The notes: generated by a model from the letters alone, not told the origin. A stretch of DNA of 64,000 nt from Bacilli bacterium (GCA_900771805.1 CAAGPL010000067.1:4003-68002); one strand, 5' to 3'. Positions 10,510-20,914 are shown, counted from the first letter of the stretch. Made by a program: numbers and translations.

Positions 10510-13383
10510 TTATATTTTTTTAACATCAGAAATTACAAGTTGAAGTTTAGAAAATCTTTTTTCTACCTTACCATATACTTTGTAGGTTCCTGGAATTGGT
10601 ATATTAAAGAATTTGTTATACGTTTTAGGAAACATAACTAATTCTACTGTTCCATATGAGTCGCTAGCATTTAAAAACATCATTTTTTCATTTGTCTTTG
10701 TATCAATTTCTTTTTTTCTTTCAATATATAAAACCATTTCTATCATTTTATCAAAATACTTATCTAATAAATTGCTAGTTATACTATTACTTGTTATATA
10801 TTTACTAGTTGGATGATTACTTATATAAAAACCAAATAAAGCTATTTCTTGCTTAGTAAGCTCATCTTTACTATATTCTTCATAATCTTCTATTTCTGGC
10901 TTTAAAACTAAATTTTCATCTAAATTATAGCATAATTCCGCATAATTAATTGCTTCATTTAAATTTTCTATTAATGTTCTTCTAGTCTTATTAAATATAT
11001 CTAATGCTCCAGATAATATAAGATTTCTTAAAACATCACGTCCTAATTTATAACATCTTCTAACAAAATCTAAATAAGAAGTAAAATTTCCATTTAAATT
11101 TCTTTCATTAACTATTTCTCTTGATGTTAAAACGCCTATTGCTCTTACAACAGATAAAGGAAATAAAAGTTCATTATTTAAAATCATATATTTATCAGTT
11201 GATAAATTTATATTTGGAAGTTTAATACTAACATCTAATTTCTTACATTCATCAATAATTTGTTTTGTTTTATTTGAAACACCAATAATATTATTTAAAA
11301 TCTCTGTTTCAAAATAAAGTGGATAGTGAACCTTTAAATAAGCTATTTTATAACCTATTATTGCATAACTAACAGAGTGTGCTTTATTAAATCCATAATT
11401 AGCAAACTTAAGAATTAAATTATACACTTTATTTAATGTTTCTTTATCATAACCTTTATTTATACCACCTATTATAAAATCTTCTTTATATGATAATAAT
11501 AAATCTTCTTTTTTCTTACTCATTGCACGCCTTAACTCATCTGCCTTAGCATATGAAAAACCAGCCATTTTTCTTGCAATCTGCATTATCTGTTCTTGAT
11601 ATATAATTATTCCATAAGTAGAAGATAAAATTTCTTTTAAATCTTCATTTATATAAGTTATTTTTTCTTTTTTATGATGTCTTTTTACATATGTATCTAT
11701 ATTTTCCATAGGACCAGGTCTAAAAAGTGCTACAGCATCAATTAAATCATATATATTAGATGGCTTTAATTCCATGATAAACTTTTTCATACCTTGTGAT
11801 TCAAATTGAAAAATACCATCTAAATTACCATTTGCAAATAATTCATAAGTCTTTTTATCATCAAGCGGTATATCACTAAATTTAATATTTGTATTTTTAA
11901 TTACTTTATCTATTATAGTAAGATTTTTAAGTCCTAAAAAATCCATTTTTAAAAGACCTAAATCCTCAATATAATTCATTGTATAACCACAAATATATGA
12001 ACCATCAGAATCAAGATATAATGGGATATAATTAGAAAGTTCTTTGTTTGATATAATAACTCCTGCTGCATGCTTAGAAATATGTCTTTTAAGCCCCTCT
12101 AAATGAAGTGCTATATCATATATTTTTTTTAAAATTTCATCATCATTTAATATTCTTTTTACATTTATATTTTCTAACTGATAAGATAAATCTTTTTTAT
12201 CATCAAAGTTCTTAAGTAAATTGTCAATTTTAAAACCACTTACATTAAATATTCTTGCAACATCTCTTATAACTTGTTTTGCAAGCAAATTAGAAAAAGT
12301 AATTATTCCAGATACATGTTTTTTACCATATTTTTCTTCTACATATTTTATTACTTCATCTCTTTTTTCAGCATCAAAGTCTATATCTATATCAGGCATA
12401 GTAACTCTATTTGGATTTAAAAATCTTTCAAATAATAAATTATATTTAATAGGATCTATATCAGTTATACCAAGAGAATAAGAAACAAGGCTTGATGCAG
12501 CAGAACCCCTACCTGGCCCTACCATTATTCCATTTTTCTTTGCATATTTAACATAATCCCAAACAACTAAAAAATAATTACAAAAATTTAATTTTGAAAT
12601 AATAGAAAGTTCATATTTTAATCTTTCAGCATATTCTAAAGAAACATTACCATTAAATCTTTTTTTAAGCCCTGTTATACATAAATCTGTTAAATATTTT
12701 TCTTTGTTAAATTCTAAATCATTATTATATATAGGAAGTAAATCATTCTTTTTTAAAATAGTTAAATTACACAATGCACTAACATAGTTAGTAGTTTTTG
12801 AAGATAACACATCAACTTGCTCTATAAAAGATACATCTTCTCCTTCAGTATAATCTTGATCTTTTATTTTATATAAATATTTTAAATACTTAGAATCTTC
12901 TTTTTTTAATGTGAGCGTTTTATTTAAATACACTTTATTACCATTTATCTTTTTTTCTTCATCTTCATTGTTATATCCAATAAATAAATCTTTAGTATAT
13001 GGTATATAAATATCTTTTTTATCTTTATATTTGTAAGGTAAAATAAATACTAAATCATTTATATATTTTATAAGTTCATCAAATGAAAATTTTTTTTCAT
13101 TTATAATCGTATTTATATTACATAAGTTTTGGTATCCCTTATAGTTTTTTGCATATAAAAGGATAGTATAATCTAAATTAACTTCAAGGCCTATAATTGG
13201 TTTTATATCATTTTTAATACACTTAGTATAAAACTCCATAGCACCATATAAGTTATCATCACATATTGCAGCACTTTTAATATTAAACTTCTTTAGTGTG
13301 CTTATTAAATCATCTATCTTTATTAAGCTAGATAAAATAGAATAATCTGTCTTTATCCATAAAGGTGTATAATTCATAAGCAT
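10510..13383 (-). CDS. dnaE: DNA polymerase III alpha subunit, DnaE type
   Basis: The Pol III alpha core motifs PDIDIDF, GRGSAASSLV, HAAGVII and FNKAHSVSYA are present, with a C-terminal OB-fold region. Length is 957 aa. Confidence 0.9.
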   Translation of the reverse strand: MLMNYTPLWIKTDYSILSSLIKIDDLISTLKKFNIKSAAICDDNLYGAMEFYTKCIKNDIKPIIGLEVNLDYTILLYAKNYKGYQNLCNINTIINEKKFSFDELIKYINDLVFILPYKYKDKKDIYIPYTKDLFIGYNNEDEEKKINGNKVYLNKTLTLKKEDSKYLKYLYKIKDQDYTEGEDVSFIEQVDVLSSKTTNYVSALCNLTILKKNDLLPIYNNDLEFNKEKYLTDLCITGLKKRFNGNVSLEYAERLKYELSIISKLNFCNYFLVVWDYVKYAKKNGIMVGPGRGSAASSLVSYSLGITDIDPIKYNLLFERFLNPNRVTMPDIDIDFDAEKRDEVIKYVEEKYGKKHVSGIITFSNLLAKQVIRDVARIFNVSGFKIDNLLKNFDDKKDLSYQLENINVKRILNDDEILKKIYDIALHLEGLKRHISKHAAGVIISNKELSNYIPLYLDSDGSYICGYTMNYIEDLGLLKMDFLGLKNLTIIDKVIKNTNIKFSDIPLDDKKTYELFANGNLDGIFQFESQGMKKFIMELKPSNIYDLIDAVALFRPGPMENIDTYVKRHHKKEKITYINEDLKEILSSTYGIIIYQEQIMQIARKMAGFSYAKADELRRAMSKKKEDLLLSYKEDFIIGGINKGYDKETLNKVYNLILKFANYGFNKAHSVSYAIIGYKIAYLKVHYPLYFETEILNNIIGVSNKTKQIIDECKKLDVSIKLPNINLSTDKYMILNNELLFPLSVVRAIGVLTSREIVNERNLNGNFTSYLDFVRRCYKLGRDVLRNLILSGALDIFNKTRRTLIENLNEAINYAELCYNLDENLVLKPEIEDYEEYSKDELTKQEIALFGFYISNHPTSKYITSNSITSNLLDKYFDKMIEMVLYIERKKEIDTKTNEKMMFLNASDSYGTVELVMFPKTYNKFFNIPIPGTYKVYGKVEKRFSKLQLVISDVKKI

Positions 13384-13503
13384 ACCACTTCCTTCTAATA
13401 ATATTTTACTACAAAAAGATATTTTTTCATATTTTAATTTGACTAATTAACCATAATATGGTAAAGTTAGATAGCAAAGACGCACTTTAAGGAGGAATTA
13501 AAT

Positions 13504-13677
13504 ATGGCTAAAAAGGTATCAAATAAAAAACCATTATTCGGAAATAAGCGTTCTCATGCTTTAAATACAACTAAAATGAGACAAAAAGTTAATATGCAAA
13601 AAGTAACTTTAAATGGTGTAACCGTAATAATGAGTGCTAAAGAAGCTAAAAAATTTAGAAAAAATAATGCAGCATAA
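13504..13677 (+). CDS. rpmB: 50S ribosomal protein L28
   Basis: This 57-aa ORF is below the track cutoff. The sequence MAKKVSNKKPLFGNKRSHALNTTKMRQKVNMQKVTLNG matches the L28 pattern (GN.RSHA.N.TKR). The RBS is AAGGAGG. Confidence 0.85.
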   Translation: MAKKVSNKKPLFGNKRSHALNTTKMRQKVNMQKVTLNGVTVIMSAKEAKKFRKNNAA

Positions 13678-13681
13678 TAAA

Positions 13682-13713
13682 AATACTTCAGTTAATAATT
13701 GAAGTATTTTTTA
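13682..13713. terminator. Bidirectional intrinsic terminator
   Basis: The hairpin AATACTTCA-gttaataat-TGAAGTATT is followed by a T run. It lies between rpmB (+) and the prepilin gene (-). Confidence 0.6.
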
Positions 13714-13721
13714 TTTTATAT

Positions 13722-14114
13722 TTAATTACATGTGCCATCCAAACTATAAAAGTATCCATCAAAATAGTAGCCTTTTTCATTATTGTTACTATATTCAGTT
13801 TGTGATGAATAATCTCCTTTACATATCACTTGATTTCCACCATTTGTTAATAAGTCATTTTCACCCGTTTTAGGATTTGTTGCATCAGATTCTAAATAAT
13901 CTTTTAAATTATCAATAGTAACAGAAGTTACATTACTATTAATTGCAAAATAAGCTTCTGATATTTCTACTATTTCTTTAGCAGCTATATATTTAGCTTT
14001 TTCTTTAGAATCACTTACATTTTTTATTACATTAGTTGTTACAATTACCATTATTATAGAAAGCAAAACTATTACTGCTAAAAGTTCTATTAAAGTAAAT
14101 CCTTTATTTTTCAT
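13722..14114 (-). CDS. Type IV pilin / ComGC-like prepilin with N-terminal methylation motif
   Basis: MKNKGFTLIELLAVIVLLSIIMVIV is a class III signal peptide (cleavage G/FTLIE). Length is 130 aa, with two Cys near the C-terminus. Confidence 0.75.
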   Translation of the reverse strand: MKNKGFTLIELLAVIVLLSIIMVIVTTNVIKNVSDSKEKAKYIAAKEIVEISEAYFAINSNVTSVTIDNLKDYLESDATNPKTGENDLLTNGGNQVICKGDYSSQTEYSNNNEKGYYFDGYFYSLDGTCN

Positions 14115-14193
14115 ATTATCACCTATTTAATTATACACCAAAAGTCTAAAAATTCATATAATTAATTGAAAGCTTTTATTAGGAGGAATATAA

Positions 14194-14496
14194 ATGAAAG
14201 ATCAAAGATGTAATTTTAATGGGGGTATGATGCCTTTTGTATCTGGTATGCCAACAAATATGATGATGTTTCCTAATTTTATGAATGATAATTATTCTAA
14301 TTTAGAAAATAAGGTAAATTCTTTAGAAAAAAAAGTTAGAGTCTTAGAAAATAGGATATCAAGATTAGAAAATCCATATCAAAACAATAACATGCAAAAC
14401 TACCAAACCCCACAAGGAAATATACAAAATAATGATTTACCATATCAAACTACACAAAACAATGGTAATTATAACGGAGAGATGTATATGATGTAA
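14194..14496 (+). CDS. Hypothetical Q/N/M-rich small protein with a central heptad segment
   Basis: The ORF has an AGGAGG RBS. The composition is low-complexity apart from the coiled-coil-like LENKVNSLEKKVRVLENRISRLEN. Confidence 0.4.
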   Translation: MKDQRCNFNGGMMPFVSGMPTNMMMFPNFMNDNYSNLENKVNSLEKKVRVLENRISRLENPYQNNNMQNYQTPQGNIQNNDLPYQTTQNNGNYNGEMYMM

Positions 14497-14522
14497 AAAA
14501 GCCTACTTTTTAAGTAGACTTT

Positions 14523-15326
14523 TTACATTTTATAATTTTTATTATTTTCATTTGATAATCTTATATATTCGCTTAATAAATTAGGATTAACAAATCTATC
14601 TAACATATCAACATTTCCTTTTTGTAATTCATCTTTTAAATACTCTTTTTGTTTATCATTTAAAGATGCACTTTCAATTTCATTTCTTAATTTTTCTTTG
14701 GCATTTAATAAATCATTAGAGTTATATTTTTTTTGATTTTTATAGTACTGTGTACCAATAAAATTAGCATATGAATTAATTAATATATTCATATTCATGT
14801 TATCATTTAAAGATGAATTTAAATTAGTTTTTACCATCATTTGATTAATTAAATCACTTTTTGATGTATTTTTAATATAATCTCTAGTTCCATTTTTTGA
14901 ACTAAAAGAATTAATTAAACCTTTTGTAAAATAATTATCAAGTATTTGTTTTGATACAAATATAGTATTATCTATATTATTTGTATCAAAACTATTACTA
15001 TAATAATCAAGCATTTTTAAAACAGCATCATCTAAACTTGCTACATTGTTTTTTTTCATATAATTAGATAAAACACTTTCAGTTATTTCATTAAAAAGCT
15101 GCTCTGCATTTAAAATATTTTTGCCATTATAAACTAAATTTCTTAACTCTTGTTTATAATCATTTCCTTTGTTTATTTCTTCTTTCACATACATTTGTGT
15201 ATTTGTATCTCCACTTATTCCCATGTAAGCTTGTGATATTAAATAACGTAAATATATTCTAAGTTCTTCTTCTTTTTTAAAACCAAATTCATCTAAATCT
15301 TTTTTAATAGCTTCTATTAAATTCAT
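14523..15326 (-). CDS. Hypothetical protein
   Basis: A long ORF on the same strand as its neighbours. I recognised no motif. Confidence 0.4.
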   Translation of the reverse strand: MNLIEAIKKDLDEFGFKKEEELRIYLRYLISQAYMGISGDTNTQMYVKEEINKGNDYKQELRNLVYNGKNILNAEQLFNEITESVLSNYMKKNNVASLDDAVLKMLDYYSNSFDTNNIDNTIFVSKQILDNYFTKGLINSFSSKNGTRDYIKNTSKSDLINQMMVKTNLNSSLNDNMNMNILINSYANFIGTQYYKNQKKYNSNDLLNAKEKLRNEIESASLNDKQKEYLKDELQKGNVDMLDRFVNPNLLSEYIRLSNENNKNYKM

Positions 15327-15372
15327 GTTAGCACCCCAATTACTTATATAGTTTAAATAATTATATCATTTA

Positions 15373-16998
15373 TTATCTTTTTATTTTTATTTTTTTTAAT
15401 AATTTGTCACCAAATATACATTCAAATGCACCATTTTTTATAGTAAGTGTAAAATATATAATAATACCAACAATTACATATAGCATAATTGTTATTATAG
15501 ATGTAAACCTATTTATTAAGTTAAAAGGTAATATATTTTTCATCAGTAATAAAACTATTATCATAATTATAAGTGGATATATAAATTTAAACATTTTATT
15601 AAAGAATGACTTAAAATCTAAATTAACAGTTTTATTAATAACTATTAAGTTAGATATTACTGAAGTTGTAAGTCCTAAAAATGTTGCAAATGTAGCTCCC
15701 CAAAATGGATATAAACCTATATTATTAAATAAATATATAAAAGGAACTTGAAGTGTAAGTTTAACTAATATACCTATAATTATACTTATAAATACATTTT
15801 TAAATTTATTTAGTGATTGAGTAATAGAAACAGATGTTGTAAACATGCATCTAAATAAAGCAACAAATATAGTAACACAAAAAACTCTAGGTCCCCATGT
15901 ACTTGCCCCATAAAAAGCAGTAAATACAGGTCCTGCTAGAATAGAAAGTCCTATAGCCATTGGCATAGTAACATATAAAAGCATTAAAAATGATTGCTCA
16001 ACTTTTTTCTTTACATCTTTTATATCACCTTTAACAAAGCTTGATGTTATATTTGGAACAAGACTTGTCATAAGACCTGTTGATATAGCAAGTACAACAC
16101 TATTTAGTTTATTTCCAGTTGTATTAATAACCCCTATTATACTTTCTGCATCCTTTGTTTTAAAACCAATTTTAGTAAGTGTATTAATAATAGTTGTCAT
16201 ATCAATATAATCATATACAGAAAGAGCAAGACCGAATGAAATAAATGGGATAGAATAAATAAGTAATTTTTTAATAATTGCCTTATTCGTAATTTTTTCT
16301 TCTTCTTTCTTTTTCTCATTTGTTATAACAAGTTCTTTTTTATGTTTTTTCATCTTAATAAGTAAATAAATAAGTGCAACTAAAGCACCTATAGTTGCTC
16401 CAAATACTGCTACTCCAATAGCATTTACAACTCCTACTTTAAATACTCTCATGCATAAATAACTACCAATTAAAATAACTGATATTCTAACTATTTGTTC
16501 AATTACCTGACTTACCGAAGGTGGTGTAATAAATTTATGTCCTTGAAGGTAACCTTTTGTAACACTTAAATATGGAACAATAAGTATTGCTGTTGATATA
16601 ATCCTAATTACAAATGTTATACTTTCTTTAGAATTTCCGCCAGTATTATCCCCCATTATTTGATTAGCAATTACTGGTGCTCCCAAAAACATTAAAACAA
16701 ATAAAACTACACCAAGAATGATTAATAATCTTTTACCAAGTTTATATGCTCTTTCCTTTGTATTATAATATTTAAGAGTATTATATTCACTTATTAATTT
16801 ACTCATTGCAGGCGGTATTCCAACCGTTGATAAAGATAAAAACAAATTATATATAGTATATGCATAACCATATAAAGCTATATTTTCTTCACCTATTATT
16901 GCATAAAAAGGAATTACATATATAATACCTAAAAACTTAGTTATAACAATACCTATAGTTGCAATTAAAGCACCATTTATAAAACTATTTTTTTTCAT
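15373..16998 (-). CDS. MOP-superfamily polysaccharide/lipid II flippase (MurJ/SpoVB/YtgP-like)
   Basis: The 541-aa protein has about 14 predicted TM helices, and its N-terminus (FINGALIATIGIVITKFLGIIYVIPF) is typical of the family. Confidence 0.8.
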   Translation of the reverse strand: MKKNSFINGALIATIGIVITKFLGIIYVIPFYAIIGEENIALYGYAYTIYNLFLSLSTVGIPPAMSKLISEYNTLKYYNTKERAYKLGKRLLIILGVVLFVLMFLGAPVIANQIMGDNTGGNSKESITFVIRIISTAILIVPYLSVTKGYLQGHKFITPPSVSQVIEQIVRISVILIGSYLCMRVFKVGVVNAIGVAVFGATIGALVALIYLLIKMKKHKKELVITNEKKKEEEKITNKAIIKKLLIYSIPFISFGLALSVYDYIDMTTIINTLTKIGFKTKDAESIIGVINTTGNKLNSVVLAISTGLMTSLVPNITSSFVKGDIKDVKKKVEQSFLMLLYVTMPMAIGLSILAGPVFTAFYGASTWGPRVFCVTIFVALFRCMFTTSVSITQSLNKFKNVFISIIIGILVKLTLQVPFIYLFNNIGLYPFWGATFATFLGLTTSVISNLIVINKTVNLDFKSFFNKMFKFIYPLIIMIIVLLLMKNILPFNLINRFTSIITIMLYVIVGIIIYFTLTIKNGAFECIFGDKLLKKIKIKR

Positions 16999-17003
16999 TT
17001 AAA

Positions 17004-17177
17004 TCATCCTTTGTCTATATATATTATCATTGCAGAAAAACAATATATTTGTTCTTCACCACTAATAGAAAATGATAGCTGATACTTTATATCAACTACT
17101 TCCTTACTAATTAAGAAATTATTGATATTTTCTTCTAAATCTTTTTCATTTTCACAATCAAATACTTTAACTCTCAT
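17004..17177 (-). CDS. Small Cse60-like protein
   Basis: MRVKVFDCENEKDLEENINNFL...IKYQ...GEEQIYCFSAMIIY resembles my recollection of the Cse60 family pattern. The start moved to the ATG behind GGGTGA. Confidence 0.4.
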   Translation of the reverse strand: MRVKVFDCENEKDLEENINNFLISKEVVDIKYQLSFSISGEEQIYCFSAMIIYIDKG

Positions 17178-17259
17178 ATTATCACCCACAAAAATAATAT
17201 AAAAAATATCGTAATTAAATTGTCTTCTTTTATCATTATACCAAAATATTTTAATTTTT

Positions 17260-17619
17260 TTAATATTTTAATATTTTACTTTTATCGTTTAAATATTTTT
17301 GTAAACTCATTTTCATATCTAAATTAAATTTTTTATAAAAACTATATACATAATTTTCATCGTTTTCTAAAGCAATATAAAATAAATTATTATCTTTTAT
17401 TCCTGATACATCATAAACTACATCATTAATTAATATAGCACAATGATCTTTATTTTTTTCTATTACCATTTTCCCATTAGGATAAAATTCTTTTAATATC
17501 AGAAAATATTCTAAGCAATAGTTATTTAAAAACATATCATATATATTACATTTAAAATAGGACTCCAAAACATTATTTATATTATAAATTTTATATAATA
17601 CACACAAAAAAATCACCAA
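17260..17619 (-). CDS. Hypothetical protein (start uncertain)
   Basis: Supported by the ORF only. Confidence 0.3.
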   Translation of the reverse strand: MVIFLCVLYKIYNINNVLESYFKCNIYDMFLNNYCLEYFLILKEFYPNGKMVIEKNKDHCAILINDVVYDVSGIKDNNLFYIALENDENYVYSFYKKFNLDMKMSLQKYLNDKSKILKY

Positions 17620-17634
17620 TATATTATATGGTGG

Positions 17635-18462
17635 TTATTTAATTTTTTTAACATAAGGCTTTTCAAAAGTTTTAAAATCAATATCTAACATATCTTTTAA
17701 CTGTTCTTTATTATAATTTTTTAACGATGCAACACAAATTCTTTCAAAAAGGCCATCAGAAAAATCATTAACTAAATTCTTTCCTTTATTTAATATATTA
17801 AAATAATCAGGGTCAATTTCTTTTATTATTCTTCTAAATTCAGTTTCATATAATGTATAATCATTTTTATAATTATCAACGTATGAATAACCAAATACTG
17901 TATCTTCAAAGTTAGCATTAGAAACATAATATTCAAATTCTCCGTTTTTATTAAAAATCTTAACATCCTCATCTTTCTTTTGATGTGAAAATTCATTATT
18001 TCTGTAAAAAGCAGATTCGTTATTTTTTTTATCAATTAATTTTATAGTATTTCTTAATGTTTCAAATCTACATTTATATAAAAGTTCTTTATCTTTAAAA
18101 ATTTCAATGGAATTAGTTACTAATAATTTATCTAATTTTTTACCTTCTTTGGTGAAATACGTTCCTCTTAAATTATTTTTAAAGTCTGTACTTGTTATTA
18201 AATATTTATATTCATAAGTTTCATCATCTTTTTTAGCTGCTATAGCACTTATGTAATTTTTTTCTTTCATTATCTGAATAATAAGTTTATTATCTTTAAA
18301 GTAAGCATATCCAACTTGATTATAATAATTATCATATAATTCTACTTTTTTACCAATTTTTAATAAAAATGGTACATTTTCTTTTATATATTCATCTACT
18401 GTAATTTTAAATAAAGATAAAAATTTATAAAGCATATTTATTAAAATATCTTCTTCCATCAT
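17635..18462 (-). CDS. Hypothetical protein
   Basis: A 275-aa ORF with no recognised motif. Confidence 0.4.
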   Translation of the reverse strand: MMEEDILINMLYKFLSLFKITVDEYIKENVPFLLKIGKKVELYDNYYNQVGYAYFKDNKLIIQIMKEKNYISAIAAKKDDETYEYKYLITSTDFKNNLRGTYFTKEGKKLDKLLVTNSIEIFKDKELLYKCRFETLRNTIKLIDKKNNESAFYRNNEFSHQKKDEDVKIFNKNGEFEYYVSNANFEDTVFGYSYVDNYKNDYTLYETEFRRIIKEIDPDYFNILNKGKNLVNDFSDGLFERICVASLKNYNKEQLKDMLDIDFKTFEKPYVKKIK

Positions 18463-18539
18463 ATTAATTTCTCCTTTTTTTATATATTATAATTTTTTTA
18501 TTAAAAAAAGCAAGGAAAATAAATTCTTTGCTAATTTAT

Positions 18540-19661
18540 TCATTTAATTGCTATTAACTTTGCGTGAACCACCATTCTTTTAGTATTATCATAACAAGAA
18601 GATAATGTAAGTATTTTATCATTATTATTTGAATTAACACCATAATCATATATACTTCTTTTTTTTAAATCATTATAGAAATTTAATCTTGCCTCATCAT
18701 TTTCTATATTATCTGTTATGTAATAACTTTCAGGTTCTATATTATAAGTTGAAAACACCAAGAATAACATGGTTTTATTTTCTGTTGCTATTTTAATAAT
18801 ATAATTATCTTTATTTTTATACCACTTTTCTTTTGTTGTATTTCTAAGACTTCCAAACATAGCGTTATTAACAAGTCCATGAGCATATATTATTGTATTA
18901 TCTGATAAATCATCTATATCATTTCTATAATCTAAAAATACCCATCCTTTTTTATTATTAGACTTATCAAAAGAATGTTTTAAATAATAATCATTATCTT
19001 TATATTGTACAAATGGATAATTGATATTTGTACCATTTACTTTAATCCATCCTTTAGTATCGTTATTTTGATGTTTTAATTCATTAAAATTAACATCTAA
19101 CATTGATACATCAAGATATTTAAAATAATCATCAGATATTATATTAACTTCTTTTTTATTTGGAACTACCTCTTTAATCTTTAAGTTAGTTATAATATTA
19201 CCACTTATTTTATCTGTTTTAATTCCATCATTAATTAAAAAAGTAAAACTTAAAAATGAAAATATAAACACTGTAAGACAAACAGTTAAAACAAAAAAAT
19301 TAGTAGTTTTAAATAATTTTATCATTTTGAATATTGATTTAGTATCAGGTTTATTTAAAACTTTTACTTTTTCTAATGAAAGGAGCATTTTATTTAATTT
19401 TAAATCACTTATACCATGTTTTTTATAATTAAATAAAGTATCAATATCTTCTGGTGTTATATATGGATTTAAATTAAGTCTACTGTTTTTATTAACTATC
19501 TTAGCTTTTTTTACATAGTTTTTCGTATAATATATTAAATCTTTTTTCTTTAAACATTTTATTTCATCATAAGATATTTTAAATTTAGATATGATATATA
19601 AATTATAACAATCAATGTCAGATAAAAATGGATATTTTTCTTTTATATTTATATAATCCAT
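18540..19661 (-). CDS. srtB: Class B sortase with a long N-terminal cytoplasmic extension
   Basis: The C-terminal domain has TKGWIKVNGTNINYPFVQYKDNDYYLKH, NTIIYAHG (His), TLSSCY (Cys) and RMVVHAKL (Arg). A TM helix at about aa 118-140 is preceded by about 115 aa of unknown sequence. Confidence 0.8.
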   Translation of the reverse strand: MDYINIKEKYPFLSDIDCYNLYIISKFKISYDEIKCLKKKDLIYYTKNYVKKAKIVNKNSRLNLNPYITPEDIDTLFNYKKHGISDLKLNKMLLSLEKVKVLNKPDTKSIFKMIKLFKTTNFFVLTVCLTVFIFSFLSFTFLINDGIKTDKISGNIITNLKIKEVVPNKKEVNIISDDYFKYLDVSMLDVNFNELKHQNNDTKGWIKVNGTNINYPFVQYKDNDYYLKHSFDKSNNKKGWVFLDYRNDIDDLSDNTIIYAHGLVNNAMFGSLRNTTKEKWYKNKDNYIIKIATENKTMLFLVFSTYNIEPESYYITDNIENDEARLNFYNDLKKRSIYDYGVNSNNNDKILTLSSCYDNTKRMVVHAKLIAIK

Positions 19662-19679
19662 ATATAGTTCATCCTTTCT

Positions 19680-19706
19680 TAAAAAAAGTAGCTAACGCTA
19701 GCTACT
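19680..19706 (-). terminator. Intrinsic terminator between the surface-protein gene and srtB
   Basis: The hairpin AGTAGCTA-acgc-TAGCTACT (19687-19706) is followed by a T7 run on the minus strand. Confidence 0.5.
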
Positions 19707-19711
19707 TAAAA

Positions 19712-20845
19712 TTATCTTTGTTTAACTTTTTTAAATGTTATAGCTGCTATAGCGCCAGATATCATTAATATTATAGCTGTTATATTAGTATCATCAGAAG
19801 TACTTGGATTTTTAACTTCTTGTTTTTTATTATTAATATCTTTTTCATCATTATTTTTTATATCACTACCATTTGATTTATTATCATTTTCAGTTGGTGT
19901 TTGAACTTCTTTTTTTGCTAAAACGCCATAATAATATTTTTCTGTAGGACTTGATTGATGTGTTTTTGACTTCAACTTAATTTGATAACCATTCATAGAA
20001 GATCCTAATACTTTGTTATACATATTAATTGCTTCTTGAGCATTTTCATAAGTAACCATAGTAGTATTTCCTATTAAACCAAAGATGGTTCCTTCTTTTA
20101 CAATCTTACTTTCTAATTCTATTTTAACACCACTAATATTATCCGTTGTTAATCTCATAGCTTCATCTAATGTGTTATCACCCATAACACCAACATATAC
20201 GTCATAATCTAAATTAATTATACCAGATCCACTAACATTTTCTACCCACACATATCCAGTATAAATGCTTCCGTTGTTAATTAATTTTTTTGCACTGATA
20301 TATGATGCTGTTAAATTAACATCTTTTGGAATTACTATACTATCATTTTCTAAATCTACTCCAGCATTATTAAATAACTGAAAATTATCATATTGTTTTG
20401 CTCCATCAAGTAAAGCTTTTATTTCAGAACTTAAAAAATATCTTACTTTAGTTACCTCTTCCATATCAGCTGGATCACCATCACCACAATCTTCATCTCC
20501 TCTAGCGTGACCAAAACAACCATTTAATCCAGTTTCTTCTGTAGCACTAACAACATAACCATTAACAAAATAAAGTTTTGTTAATATCAATTTATCATTT
20601 TGATCATTAATATTTTCTACCTTTATATTTAAATCATTTTTTGAACTATCTTCAACTACTTTATAAGCCTTACAATTTTTATAAAAACCATTACAACTTT
20701 CTTGACTAACACTATCATAAATTACTTTATCTCCAACTTTATATTCTGGATATTCAACGACAGCTTTTGCTCTAACGTTTGATGCAAATGCAAAACTAGT
20801 TGCACAAATTAATCCCCCTAATAAAATTTTGTTAAATTTTCTCAT
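19712..20845 (-). CDS. Cell-wall-anchored surface protein with an NPSTS sorting signal (sortase B substrate)
   Basis: The signal peptide is MRKFNKILLGGLICATSFAFA. The C-terminus NPSTSDDTNITAIILMISGAIAAITFKKVKQR gives the NPxTx motif, a hydrophobic helix and a basic tail. The start moved to ATG 20845 behind AGGAGA. Confidence 0.7.
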   Translation of the reverse strand: MRKFNKILLGGLICATSFAFASNVRAKAVVEYPEYKVGDKVIYDSVSQESCNGFYKNCKAYKVVEDSSKNDLNIKVENINDQNDKLILTKLYFVNGYVVSATEETGLNGCFGHARGDEDCGDGDPADMEEVTKVRYFLSSEIKALLDGAKQYDNFQLFNNAGVDLENDSIVIPKDVNLTASYISAKKLINNGSIYTGYVWVENVSGSGIINLDYDVYVGVMGDNTLDEAMRLTTDNISGVKIELESKIVKEGTIFGLIGNTTMVTYENAQEAINMYNKVLGSSMNGYQIKLKSKTHQSSPTEKYYYGVLAKKEVQTPTENDNKSNGSDIKNNDEKDINNKKQEVKNPSTSDDTNITAIILMISGAIAAITFKKVKQR

Positions 20846-20914
20846 TCTTTTTTTTCTCCTTTTTTTCCACAATTTATAAACTAGCTGATACTTCTTTTGC
20901 TATCTTACATGTTT

